Assembly (NCBI GenBank): GCA_964016885.1
Contig: OZ024750.1
Location: forward strand, 53,134,001-53,198,000
DNA: 64,000 bases
Origin: Eledone cirrhosa
Lineage: Eukaryota
Reading direction: 5' to 3'
Each line of letters begins with the position of its first letter. The stretch's first letter is position 1. Below the pieces are notes generated by a model. That model ran no database searches, was not told the origin of the DNA, and saw nothing but the letters and a program-made list of their open reading frames with translations. The translations under genes were made by a program, and so were the position numbers. Below are positions 46,055-56,792 of this stretch, piece after piece.

Positions 46055-47530
46055 TTGAAAAAGGAGTATGGTTCTATACAAAACAGAAGTTATAGAGAAA
46101 AAGTGGAATTGGAAATAGCACAAAAATTATATTTAACGGATCTGTTTTTCCTTTTTTCTTTGATTTGTCAAAGTGACATTATTGAAAAAATGAGAGGAAC
46201 AATTTAAAAAAAAAATAGGAGTTTTATAATGTATATAATATACAACCGGTTTTGATTTATCAGTGTAATCCATCTTATCAAATGTTGAATATTACAATTA
46301 AAAAGAATTAAGTGTTGAAGAAGGTCTCATTTTTGTTGTTGAGAAGAAGACTGGGTCTAAAATGGAAGCTAATATATATAGAGAGAGGTAGTCATACCAG
46401 TAGTAGTAGAGGTGGTTCTCATTTCACAGAACAAAATTATTTTTAGTGAGGGGGAATTTTTCTGTATATATGTGTGAATCTCAATTGTGTTAAAGGACTG
46501 GTCAAGAGTTCAGATGGGGGTGGTGAGCAGGGGAAATGTAAGCTGGAGACAATTGCTATAGAGGAGAGAGGTAAATGTGATTGTCAAAAGTATAAGATTG
46601 TAAAAGAACCCCCCCTCCCACCCTCTCTCTGTGTTGATAAAACAACAGTGTTCAGATATTTATTTAAAGCTCAAAATGTGGTTTATTTGTTTATATCCAG
46701 AATCTATTTCCGAGGTAAATCCAGTAGGTATACTTCCAGTCATCTTAGATTTAAACCACAGAACATATATTAACAAAGAAATAAGTGACCAAGTTCAACA
46801 GTTAATACATTATTTATTTGAGCTACATATGTTTTATTCCCTTTGGATATTATTTACAATAATCCTATAAAGAAATCTTTAGGATCAATTATAAATACAA
46901 CATAGGTGTTTAATTACTGATCAATGTATTCCTTGTGTCAGACGTAAATAGTAAACAAAGTCTTTTCTAAGGTTATAGAAAGTTAAAATTGCCAGAATTA
47001 TTTAACGGTACATTTCATAATAGTTGTATTACCAACAGTCCTATGTTAATATAATCTATGTCTGTCATTAGTGCAACTAATATTTACTGAAGTACAATTA
47101 AATTTAACCTCAGTACATAGGTCTTTTTTTTTTAAGGGTTATGAAGTCTACGGAAGCAAGTAATTGCTACAAATATCTAGGGTTTATTAATGTTTATTTT
47201 ATTTGGTTATGTACCTATGTGTTTTACTAGGTACAAGTAGCCACCAACTACTCTTATTTGCACTTGTAGTCAAACTATATATATATATATATTTCTGGAC
47301 ACCCTTTGTCCACTCACATATTTGGTTCATCATCATCATCATCAGCATTGTTTAATGTCCATTTTTCCATGTTAGCATGAGTTAGACAAGTTGTCCCGTT
47401 GTGAGACAAGTCAGGTCAGATGACCATGAATTGCTCACACACAACGGTTTCTAGTTTAACTTCTATGGCTGGATACCTTCCTATCACTAACCATATTTAC
47501 AGTGTGGACTGGGCACTTTTTGACATGGCA

Positions 47531-48995
47531 CTAACACAACCACTTTACAGTATGGACTGGCAGATTCTTATAATGTCACTAACATGACCACTTTACAGTG
47601 TGGACTGGCAGATTCTTATGTCACTAACATGACCACTTTACAGTATGGACTGGCAGATTCTTATGTCACTAACATGACCACGTTACAGTTTGGACTGGCA
47701 GATTCTTATAATGTCACTAACATGACTATTTTACAGTGTGGACTGGGAGATTCTTATAATGTCATTAACACAAACACTTTACAGTATGGACTGGCAGATT
47801 CTTATGTCTCTAACATGACCACCTTACAGTATGGACTGGGAGATTCTTATGTCACTAATAACATGACCACTTTACAGTATGGATTGGCAGATTCTTATAA
47901 TGTCACTAACATGACCACTTTACAGTGTGGACTGGCAGATTCTTATAATGTCACTAACATGACCACTTTACAGTGTGGACTGGGAGATTCTTATAATGTC
48001 ATTAACACAAACACTTTACAGTGTGGACTGGGAGATTCTTATATCACTAACATGACCACTTTACAGTATGGACTGGGAGATTCTTATGTCACTAACATGA
48101 CCACTTTACAGTGTGGACAGGGAGATTCTTATGTCACTAACATGACCACTTTACAGTATGGACTGGCAGATTCTTATAATGTCACTAACATGACCACCTT
48201 ACAGTATGGACTGGGAGATTCTTATGTCACTAACATGACCACTTTACAGTATGGACTGGGAGATTCTTATGTCACTAACATGACCACTTTACAGTGTGGA
48301 CAGGGAGATTCTTATGTCACTAACATGACCACTTTACAGTATGGACTGGCAGATTCTTATGTCACTAACATGACCACTTTACAGTATGGACTGGGAGATT
48401 CTTATGTCACTAACATGACCACTTTACAGTATGGACTGGGAGACTCTTATGTCACTAACATGACCACTTTACAGTATGGACTGGCAGATTCTTATAATGT
48501 CACTAACATGACCACTTTACAGTGTGGACTGGCAGATTCTTATGTCACTAACATGACCACTTTACAGTGTGGACAGGGAGATTCTTATGTCACTAACATG
48601 ACCACCTTACAGTGTGGAGAGGGAGATTCTTGTCACTAACATGACCACTTTACAGTATGGACTGGGAGATTCTTATAATGTCACTAACATGACCACTTTA
48701 CAGTGTGGACTGGCAGATTCTTATAATGTCACTAACATGACCACTTTACAGTATGGACTGGGAGATTCTTATATCACTAACATGACCACTTTACAGTGTG
48801 GACAGGGAGATTCTTATATCACTAACATGACCACTTTACAGTATGGACTGGGAGATTCTTATATCACTAACATGACCACTTTACAGTATGGACTGGGAGA
48901 TTCTTATATCACTAACATGACCACTTTACAGTATGGACTGGGAGATTCTTATAATGATACTAACACAAACACTTTACAGTATGGACTGGCAGATT
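47531..48995. repeat. 45/48-bp minisatellite (ACTAACATGACCACTTTACAGTATGGACTGG(C/G)AGATTCTTAT(AAT)GTC), about 31 copies, SINE-derived
   Basis: The array grows out of a minus-strand SINE tail (47328-47530). The ACCACTTTACAGTGTGG motif is shared with the SINE subrepeats at 50715-50830. Confidence 0.95.
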
Positions 48996-49325
48996 TTGTC
49001 ATTGTAGGGCAATAACATACATTAATATCCTGGTGAAAGACTGGCTTCACCAATGTAGATTGAAGTGAGAACTGCAATGATGGACCGGGAGGATTAGGAT
49101 ATGAACTGATTTGATGTAAGTGGAAGCTTGGTTGAAGTGAAAGAGGAAGTATATCTGAAGAATGTTTAAAATGTGTCATAACTGTAGCTTAGCATGATAC
49201 TGAAGTTATTGGAAATATTTATGTAGTCAGTGAAGCATAACGTTGCTGGAATATTCCAAGTTTTAATAACTCTACTATAACATAAAGTGGGTTAATTAAA
49301 AAATAATTCTAAGATAGCAGAAAAG

Positions 49326-49541
<216 letters not shown>

Positions 49542-49545
49542 TGGA

Positions 49546-50228
49546 AAAAATCAAACGAAATTTCATTTCCCACTCTTAGTACGGCTGTTACTTAAATATA
49601 AGTATGTATACGTACATACATATATGTATACAGACGTACAGTAGTATGTATATATATACATACATGCACACATATATATATATATATATATATGTACGTA
49701 TGGATTTACCGAACATTTATTATAATGCTCGGTTTGTTTGTAAACAAACATCCCGAATTAAGCCGTACAGTGTTTAGCAACCATCGTACGTCTGTATACA
49801 TACATATATGTATGTATGTATGTACGTATGCATACTTATATTTAAGTAACAGCCGTACTAAGAGTGAGAAATGAAATTACGTTTCATTTTTTCCATTTAT
49901 CGTTTTCGGTGCGCCCGACCGGTTAACTCACACGATATGCAAATTAGGCTGCTCAGCCGTTAATATGCATAAGGAAAGTATATACTTTCAGACGTTCAAT
50001 CATCTGGCAGGAAGGTATACGGTGCTGACGATAGCTAATAAGCTTGAAACTAGTACATCGTCCCTTGTCAGTGTTGAACAAAAGGGCAACGATGGTTGCT
50101 AAACACTGTACGGCTTAATTCGGGATGTTTGTTTACAAACAAACCAAGCATTATAATAAATGTTCGGTAAATCCACACGTACATATATATGTGTGCATGT
50201 ATGTATATATATATATATATACATACTA
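49546..50228 (+). mobile_element. Hammerhead-containing unit (diverged sister of the 473-bp family) preceded by an inverted partial copy
   Basis: 49546-49787 is inverted relative to 49788-50228. The sequence is clearly homologous to 53929-54630. Confidence 0.85.
50019..50061 (+). ncRNA. Minimal type I hammerhead ribozyme
   Basis: ACGGUG-CUGACGA-U-AGCU-AAUA-AGCU-U-GAA-ACUAGU-A-CAUCGU: helix I ACGGUG/CAUCGU, core boxes, palindromic helix III, GUA triplet. Confidence 0.82.
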
Positions 50229-50230
50229 TA

Positions 50231-50556
50231 GCTTAGTGGTTAGAGCATTGGCCTTGCAATCGAAAGGTTGTGAGTTCAATTCTCAGACCGGGTGATGTGT
50301 TTTTCCTTGAGCAAGACACTTTATTTCACATTGCTCCAGTTTACTCAGCTGTAGAAATGAGATGATAGGGACTGAGGTCCCTATCATTCCACTGTAAAGT
50401 GGTCATGGAGGTGCCACGGCAAAAAAGCACCTAGCACTCACTGTAAATGAGGTTGGTGTTAGGAAGGGCATCCGGCTGTAGAAATCAAGCCAGAATCAGT
50501 TCCCGTCCCACCCTTGCAAGCAGGGAAAAGCAGACGTAAAATGAAATGATGATGAT
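50231..50556 (+). mobile_element. tRNA-derived SINE with (GAT)n tail
   Basis: A box GCTTAGTGG, B box GAGTTCAATTC, and tail GACGTAAAATGAAATGATGATGAT. Confidence 0.9.
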
Positions 50557-50617
50557 AAACCCATGCTAGTGTGGAAGATAGGCGTTAAACGATGATGATG
50601 ATGATATATATATATAT

Positions 50618-51001
50618 ATCATCATCATTTTATGTCCGCTTTTCCCTGCTTGCAAGGGTGGGACGGGAACTGATTTTTGGCTTGATTTCTACAGCTGGAT
50701 GCCCTTCCTAACACCAACCTCATTTACAGTGAGTTCTAGGTGCTTTTTTTTTCGTGGCGCCTACACTTCCACTTTACAGTGTGGGCTGGGTACTTTTTTG
50801 CCGTGGCACCTCTATGACCACTTTCCAGTGGAATGATATGGACCCCAGTCCCTATCATCTCATTTCTACAGCTGAGTAAACTGGAGCAATGTGAAGTAAA
50901 GTGTCTTGCTCAACGACACAACACATCACCCGATCTGAGAATTGAACTCGCAACCTTTTGATTGCAAGGCCAATGCTCTAACCACTAAGCCATGTGCCTC
51001 C

Positions 51002-51002
<1 letters not shown>
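50618..51002 (-). mobile_element. tRNA-derived SINE, inverted partner of 50231-50556
   Basis: Close reverse complement of the upstream copy, with one extra ~50-bp internal subrepeat. Confidence 0.9.
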
Positions 51003-51039
<37 letters not shown>

Positions 51040-51191
51040 AGAATTAAAATACTAGAGTGTGTTGGAGTTAAACACCCTCTTCATATTATAGAAATGACAG
51101 TATAAGATATAGCTCAATGTAATTAAACAGAGCCGAAGAATTGTAAAAAAATAAACCAAAGAAGCCTTCAATACATCAAAAGTCTTTATTA

Positions 51192-51229
51192 GCCAACAAT
51201 GTTTCGTCCTATTAAGGACTCATCAGGGC
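51192..51229 (-). ncRNA. Type I hammerhead ribozyme with canonical core
   Basis: GCC-CUGAUGA-GUCC-UUAAUA-GGAC-GAA-AC-AUU-GU-U-GGC. Helix I extends imperfectly (CUUUACUUGCC/GGCUAAUAAAG). Confidence 0.8.
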
Positions 51230-52112
51230 AAGTAAAGCTACAAGAAGCACTATCGGCCAATACAAGCCAAAAACTCAGAAGAATATGGAGTATACAGCCT
51301 AGGAAGGATATCAAGGGAAAGTAGGCTAAGATTAAGAGTGAGCAGTTACAAACATAGATATGGACCAAATAGCAAGGAAGTGATTAACATGTTGAACCCA
51401 CATTGCAAATATTATATAATGCAAAAACTTGAAACACAATGGTAATATAATGCGAGAATTACAGTACGATATAGAATATAATATAATATAATAGATGGTG
51501 ATAATAAAAAGCTTAATATATGTATATATATATATATCTATATATCTATACATATATACATTAGTACAAACACAAACTAACACTTATTAAGTATTTAAAT
51601 ATATATATACATATATTGTTTACAGTATAATATAATAAAGATAAAAATAAGAATAACGATAAAAATAAAAATAAAATATAATATATAATTCCCTGTCAGT
51701 GTGCATAAACAATATAAAAGCATTATAATAACATTATAATAACAATATTATAATGTATTGGCATCAAAAGATATACAAAATTACATCATATATATAATTC
51801 AAGGTTAACAAATAGTATAAAGTTTTACACAGGGTAAGAAAAAAATCATATAGAACTAAATTGTGTTGAAGAAAATTGTGTTGAAAAAAATATCTATACC
51901 ATTGCAACAAGTATGAGGGTCGTGGTGGTGCCAAAACAAAATTGTTCCCAGTTCCAGGTGGTGGTGCGGGTGGCAGTCCGAAATCAAGCCAAAAATCAGG
52001 AAATGTATCCAACTGTAGAAAACAAAGACTAAATTGGAGCATATAAGCAAGATGTCATCTGACCTTGTAACATGACACATGTAACCTATGATATATATAC
52101 TATATATTTATT

Positions 52113-52231
52113 AAAATAACAGATTAAAGTTTAAATAAAGAATCGCTGCTTTCACCCTTAACGGGATCTTCTGAAACTCCAGTTAAGGGTGAAAGCAGCG
52201 ATTCTTTGCTTAAACTTTAATCTGTTATTTT
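52113..52231. repeat. Inverted repeat with 50-bp arms and a 19-bp spacer
   Basis: 52113-52162 versus 52182-52231. Confidence 0.9.
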
Positions 52232-52588
52232 TATAAATATTTGCTCTAGGGTTCTTATATATCAAATATATATATTTATCCTTATCGAGCCCGCTTTGGA
52301 TTTTAATCTTCACATTTATTATTATTACTATATGTATATATATATATGTAAGTATGCATGTATACGTACATACATATATGTATACAGACGTACAGTAGCA
52401 TGCACATATATATATATATATATATACATACATATGCATACAGGTACACATACATATATGCACGTATCAGTTTAGCGGCGCTTATTATAACGTCGCTTTG
52501 TTCGTTTGTAAACAAACTGAACAGCCTGAATTTATGCCATACGGTGTTAAGGCAACCACGTCACCTTTTTGTTCAACACTGACACAGG

Positions 52589-52633
52589 AACGATGTACTA
52601 GTTTCAAGCTTGTTAGCTATCATCAGCACCGTT
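52589..52633 (-). ncRNA. Minimal type I hammerhead ribozyme (array copy 1)
   Basis: AACGGUG-CUGAUGA-U-AGCU-AACA-AGCU-U-GAA-ACUAGU-A-CAUCGUU; 7-bp helix I. Confidence 0.85.
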
Positions 52634-53061
52634 TACCCATCTGCCAGATAGTTGAACGTTCGAAAGTATATACTTTCCTTATGAAAATTAAGGCTGAGCA
52701 GCCTAATTTGCATATTGAGTGAGTTAAATCGGTCAGGCATACCGAAAACGATAAATTGAAACAAAATGAAAACGAAATTTCATTTCTCACTCTTAGTATG
52801 GCACTTACTTAAATGTAAGTATGCATGTATACGTACATACATATATGTATACAGACGTACAGTAGCATGCACATATATATATATATATATACATATATAC
52901 ATACATATGCATACAGCTACACATACATATATGCACGTATCAGTTTAGCGGCGCTTATTATAACGTCGCTTTGTTCGTTTGTAAACAAACTGAACAGCCT
53001 GAATTTATGCCATACGGTGTTAAGGCAACCACGTCACCTTTTTGTTCAACACTGACACAGG

Positions 53062-53106
53062 AACGATGTACTAGTTTCAAGCTTGTTAGCTATCATCAGC
53101 ACCGTT
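53062..53106 (-). ncRNA. Minimal type I hammerhead ribozyme (array copy 2)
   Basis: Identical to copy 1, 473 bp away. Confidence 0.85.
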
Positions 53107-53536
53107 TACCCATCTGCCAGATAGTTGAACGTTCGAAAGTATATACTTTCCTTATGAAAATTAAGGCTGAGCAGCCTAATTTGCATATTGAGTGAGTTAA
53201 ATCGGTCAGGCATACCGAAAACGATAAATTGAAACAAAATGAAAACGAAATTTCATTTCTCACTCTTAGTATGGCACTTACTTAAATGTAAGTATGCATG
53301 TATACGTACATACATATATGTATACAGACGTACAGTAGCATGCACATATATATATATATATATATACATATATACATACATATGCATACAGGTACACATA
53401 CATATATGCACGTATCAGTTTAGCGGCGCTTATTATAACGTCGCTTTGTTCGTTTGTAAACAAACTGAACAGCCTGAATTTATGCCATACGGTGTTAAGG
53501 CAACCACGTCACCTTTTTGTTCAACACTGACACAGG

Positions 53537-53581
53537 AACGATGTACTAGTTTCAAGCTTGTTAGCTATCATCAGCACCGTT
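53537..53581 (-). ncRNA. Minimal type I hammerhead ribozyme (array copy 3)
   Basis: Identical to copy 1, 475 bp from copy 2. Confidence 0.85.
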
Positions 53582-54001
53582 TACCCATCTGCCAGATAGT
53601 TGAATGTTCGAAAGTATATACTTTCCTTATGAAAATTAAGGCTGAGCAGCCTAATTTGCATATTGAGTGAGTTAAATCGGTCAGGCATACCGAAAACGAT
53701 AAATTGAAACAAAATGAAAACGAAATTTCATTTCTCACTCTTAGTATGGCACTTTTACTTAAATGTAAGTATGCATGTATACGTACATACATATATGTAT
53801 ACAGACGTACAGTAGCATGCACATATATATATATATATATACACATATATACATACATATGCATACAGGTACACATACATATATGCACGTATCAGTTTAG
53901 CGGCGCTTATTATAACGTCGCTTTGTTCGAACAAAGCGACGTTATAATAAGCGCCGCTAAACTGATACGTGCATATATGTATGTGTACCTGTATGCATAT
54001 G

Positions 54002-54037
<36 letters not shown>

Positions 54038-54273
54038 CATGCTACTGTACGTCTGTATACATATATGTATGTACGTATACATGCATACTTACATTTAAGT
54101 AAGTGCCATACTAAGAGTGAGAAATGAAATTTCGTTTTCATTTTGTTTCAATTTATCGTTTTCGGTATGCCTGACCGATTTAACTCACTCAATATGCAAA
54201 TTAGGCTGCTCAGCCTTAATTTTCATAAGGAAAGTATATACTTTCGAACGTTCAACTATCTGGCAGATGGGTA

Positions 54274-54318
54274 AACGGTGCTGATGATAGCTAACAAGCT
54301 TGAAACTAGTACATCGTT
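54274..54318 (+). ncRNA. Minimal type I hammerhead ribozyme (inverted arm copy)
   Basis: Same motif on the + strand; predicted cleavage after A54311. Confidence 0.85.
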
Positions 54319-54625
54319 CCTGTGTCAGTGTTGAACAAAAAGGTGACGTGGTTGCCTTAACACCGTATGGCATAAATTCAGGCTGTTCAGTTTGTTTACA
54401 AACGAACAAAGCGACGTTATAATAAGCGCCGCTAAACTGATACGTGCATATATGTATGTGTACCTGTATGCATATGTATGTATATATGTATATATATATA
54501 TATATATATGTGCATGCTACTGTACGTCTGTATACATATATGTATGTACGTATACATGCATACTTACATTTAAGTAAGTGCCATACTAAGAGTGAGAAAT
54601 GAAATTTCGTTTTCATTTTGTTTCA

Positions 54626-54661
<36 letters not shown>

Positions 54662-54758
54662 ATATATATATGTAAAAGGTAAACAGAAATAACAACACAA
54701 TCAGTACAGTATATGGAAGGGATATATTAGGTTAACGCTTGATATAGCAGGAAGAGGG

Positions 54759-54794
54759 TCTTAACGTTTCGGACGCTAGTCCTTCATCAGAAGA
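54759..54794 (-). ncRNA. Minimal type I hammerhead ribozyme of a Penelope-like end
   Basis: UCUU-CUGAUGA-A-GGAC-UAGC-GUCC-GAA-ACGU-U-AAGA, with palindromic helix III. Decayed relatives at 25215-25248 and 59475-59502. Confidence 0.75.
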
Positions 54795-55037
54795 AAGAAT
54801 GAGAAATAAAATAGATTGAGGGGACGGGTGAGTTGGAATTGGAAAAAATGTCTTTAGATAAAAATAACAGGTCCATTCATGTTGACATCTCTTGCAAAAT
54901 AGTTGGTGCTGGCGTTTTGTGTATGATTTATTTTTTAGAAAAGTGGATGATGGAGCACGTCTACTTGAAATGGAAAAGAATCCGTTTTGTAAAAAGAGCT
55001 ATACTTGAGCACATGTGTAAGCTTGTGTTTGTTATAA

Positions 55038-55430
55038 CCATCTGGGTTGTCCAGAATTGATGGGAAAAGACTTGACGGTCTTACTCTGTGTTCCTGGTCA
55101 AGAGGCAGGTGCCTTACCTGGGACGTCATAGTTAGTGACTCTTTTGCTTCTTCCCACATTCTGGATGCAGCAGTAAGGGCGAGAGCTACAGCATCCGCAG
55201 CTGAATGGAACAAAATCCTAAAATACCATCTTCCGTCAGCTAACTACATTATCCAGCCTGTGGCGTTCGAGACGTTTGGGGGAGTCAGGCTACTGACAGC
55301 GAGATTCTTATCTTCACTGGCGGCTCGCCAAACAGAGTTAACTGGTGATGCTCGTGAGGGCACTTAGTTGTTTCAACACCTCAGCGTCGCCATCACCCCA
55401 AGTAACGCTGCGAGCATGCTGGCCTGCCTC
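55038..55430 (+). pseudogene. 3' fragment of a CRE-clade non-LTR retrotransposon (restriction-like endonuclease domain)
   Basis: PSGLSRIDGKRLDGLTL..W..G..LTWDV..., KILKY, PVAFETFG and TGDARE..LFQHLSVAI...NAAS match the recalled RLE consensus. In-frame stop at 55365-55367. Confidence 0.88.
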
Positions 55431-55597
55431 AAAAATTATTAGAGGTTTCCCAGTGCTCCTTGCTATATTGCTATCTTTTGCTCTGGTAGCGGCTCGTTTT
55501 ACCGCTCTTTCGTCTGCATTTTGTTCTATGTGGTCTAAGATCTGTGTATTACGTGCTTGTGTATTTTTTTCCTTTCCCTTTCCTTTGTATATTTATT

Positions 55598-55782
55598 GAA
55601 TTGGCAGTATCGGTAGAGGGTTGGATGCCATGCTTTCCCGCATAGTTACGTCCCTTTATGGTCTGAGTTCAAATCCCGTCGAGATTAACTTTGCCTTTCA
55701 TCCTTACAGGGTCGATAAAATAAAGTACCAGTAATACACTGGGATAATTGCTGGCCTTGTGCCAAAAGTAGAAACAATTATA
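55598..55782 (+). mobile_element. tRNA-derived SINE (36440 family)
   Basis: A box, B box, core and tail are present. Confidence 0.9.
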
Positions 55783-55907
55783 TTTGTTAGTATTTTCGTT
55801 CTGTAACCATTATATTAAATGGGTTTAAAAAAAAAAGAGTTAATAAATAAATAAAACGTTATACTTGTTTTACCCTCCCATTTCCATTTCACCGAACGCT
55901 ATCATGA

Positions 55908-56400
55908 CTGTGTGTGTAAATGTATATGTATGAATGTATGTATGTTTGTGTGAATGTATGTATATTTGTGTGAATGTATGTATGTTTGAGTAAATGTATA
56001 TGTATGAATGTATGTATGTTTGTGTGAATGTATGTATGTTTGAGTAAATGTATATGTATGAATGTATGTATGTTTGTGTGAATGTATGTATGTTTGAGTA
56101 AATGTATATGTATGAATGTATGTATGTTTGTGTGAATGTATGTATATTTGTGTGAATGTATGTATTTTTGAGTAAATGTATATGTATGAATGTATGTATA
56201 TTTGTGTGAATGTATGTATGTTTGTGTGAATGTATGTATGTTTGTGTGAATGTATGTATGTTTGTGTGAATGTATGTATGTTTGTGTGAATGTATGTATG
56301 TTTGTGTGAATGTATGTGTATTTGTGTGAATGTATGTGTGTGAATGTATGTGTATTTGTGTGAATGTATGTATGTTTGTGTGAATGTATGTATATTTGCG
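55908..56400. repeat. 20-bp low-complexity tandem repeat TGTGTGAATGTATGTATGTT with a 52-bp variant
   Basis: Directly visible. Confidence 0.95.
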
Positions 56401-56792
56401 TGCAAGTCCGTGAGCGTACATTTTTATAAATTTGTGTATGCGTGATTATAGTTATATACTCATAATAGTTATATAGATGTATGTATGTGCACACTCATAC
56501 ATGTCACGTGTAGAAAATTATATCTCTATCTCTCTCATCACACACTCTCTCTTTCTATAGATATGGTAGTTGAAGTGGTGGTGGTGGTGATATACCGGAA
56601 GTGTAGAAATGTAAATGAAAATTTGAAAAGAAGTCAATTTTAAATTATTTATAAATACGAAATTTAGGACATAAATTATGTAATATTCATTCATTATTTA
56701 TTTAAAGTAATCCAACTTATTTTACTGACTGGATTAAAAGAAATAAACCGTACGCAGTCCTGTACACCTTCCTTTATTATAGTTTAGATTTT

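Larger units (their letters stand above)
52346..54630. mobile_element. Tandem array of ~473-bp hammerhead-bearing non-coding units (retrozyme-like): about 3.3 direct copies plus about 1.5 inverted copies
   Basis: Unit starts at 52346, 52813, 53286 and 53763. Inversion centre at 53928/53929. Copies are near-identical and the array is flanked by (TA)n. Confidence 0.9.

Noticed and set aside
46474-46570. Possible Trio first coding exon ending at the phase-1 donor AGAG|GTAAAT
   Set aside because: No in-frame ATG after the upstream TGA at 46447, and no recognisable homology.
47584-48639. Resemblance to ice-nucleation or beta-solenoid repeat proteins
   Set aside because: The unit is traceable to a SINE subrepeat, there is no signal peptide or unique domain, and there is a frameshift near 48630.
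52158-54616. Repeated 60-143 aa ORFs in the 473-bp units
   Set aside because: They run through TA/CATA microsatellites whose length changes the frame between copies, and they contain no recognisable domain.
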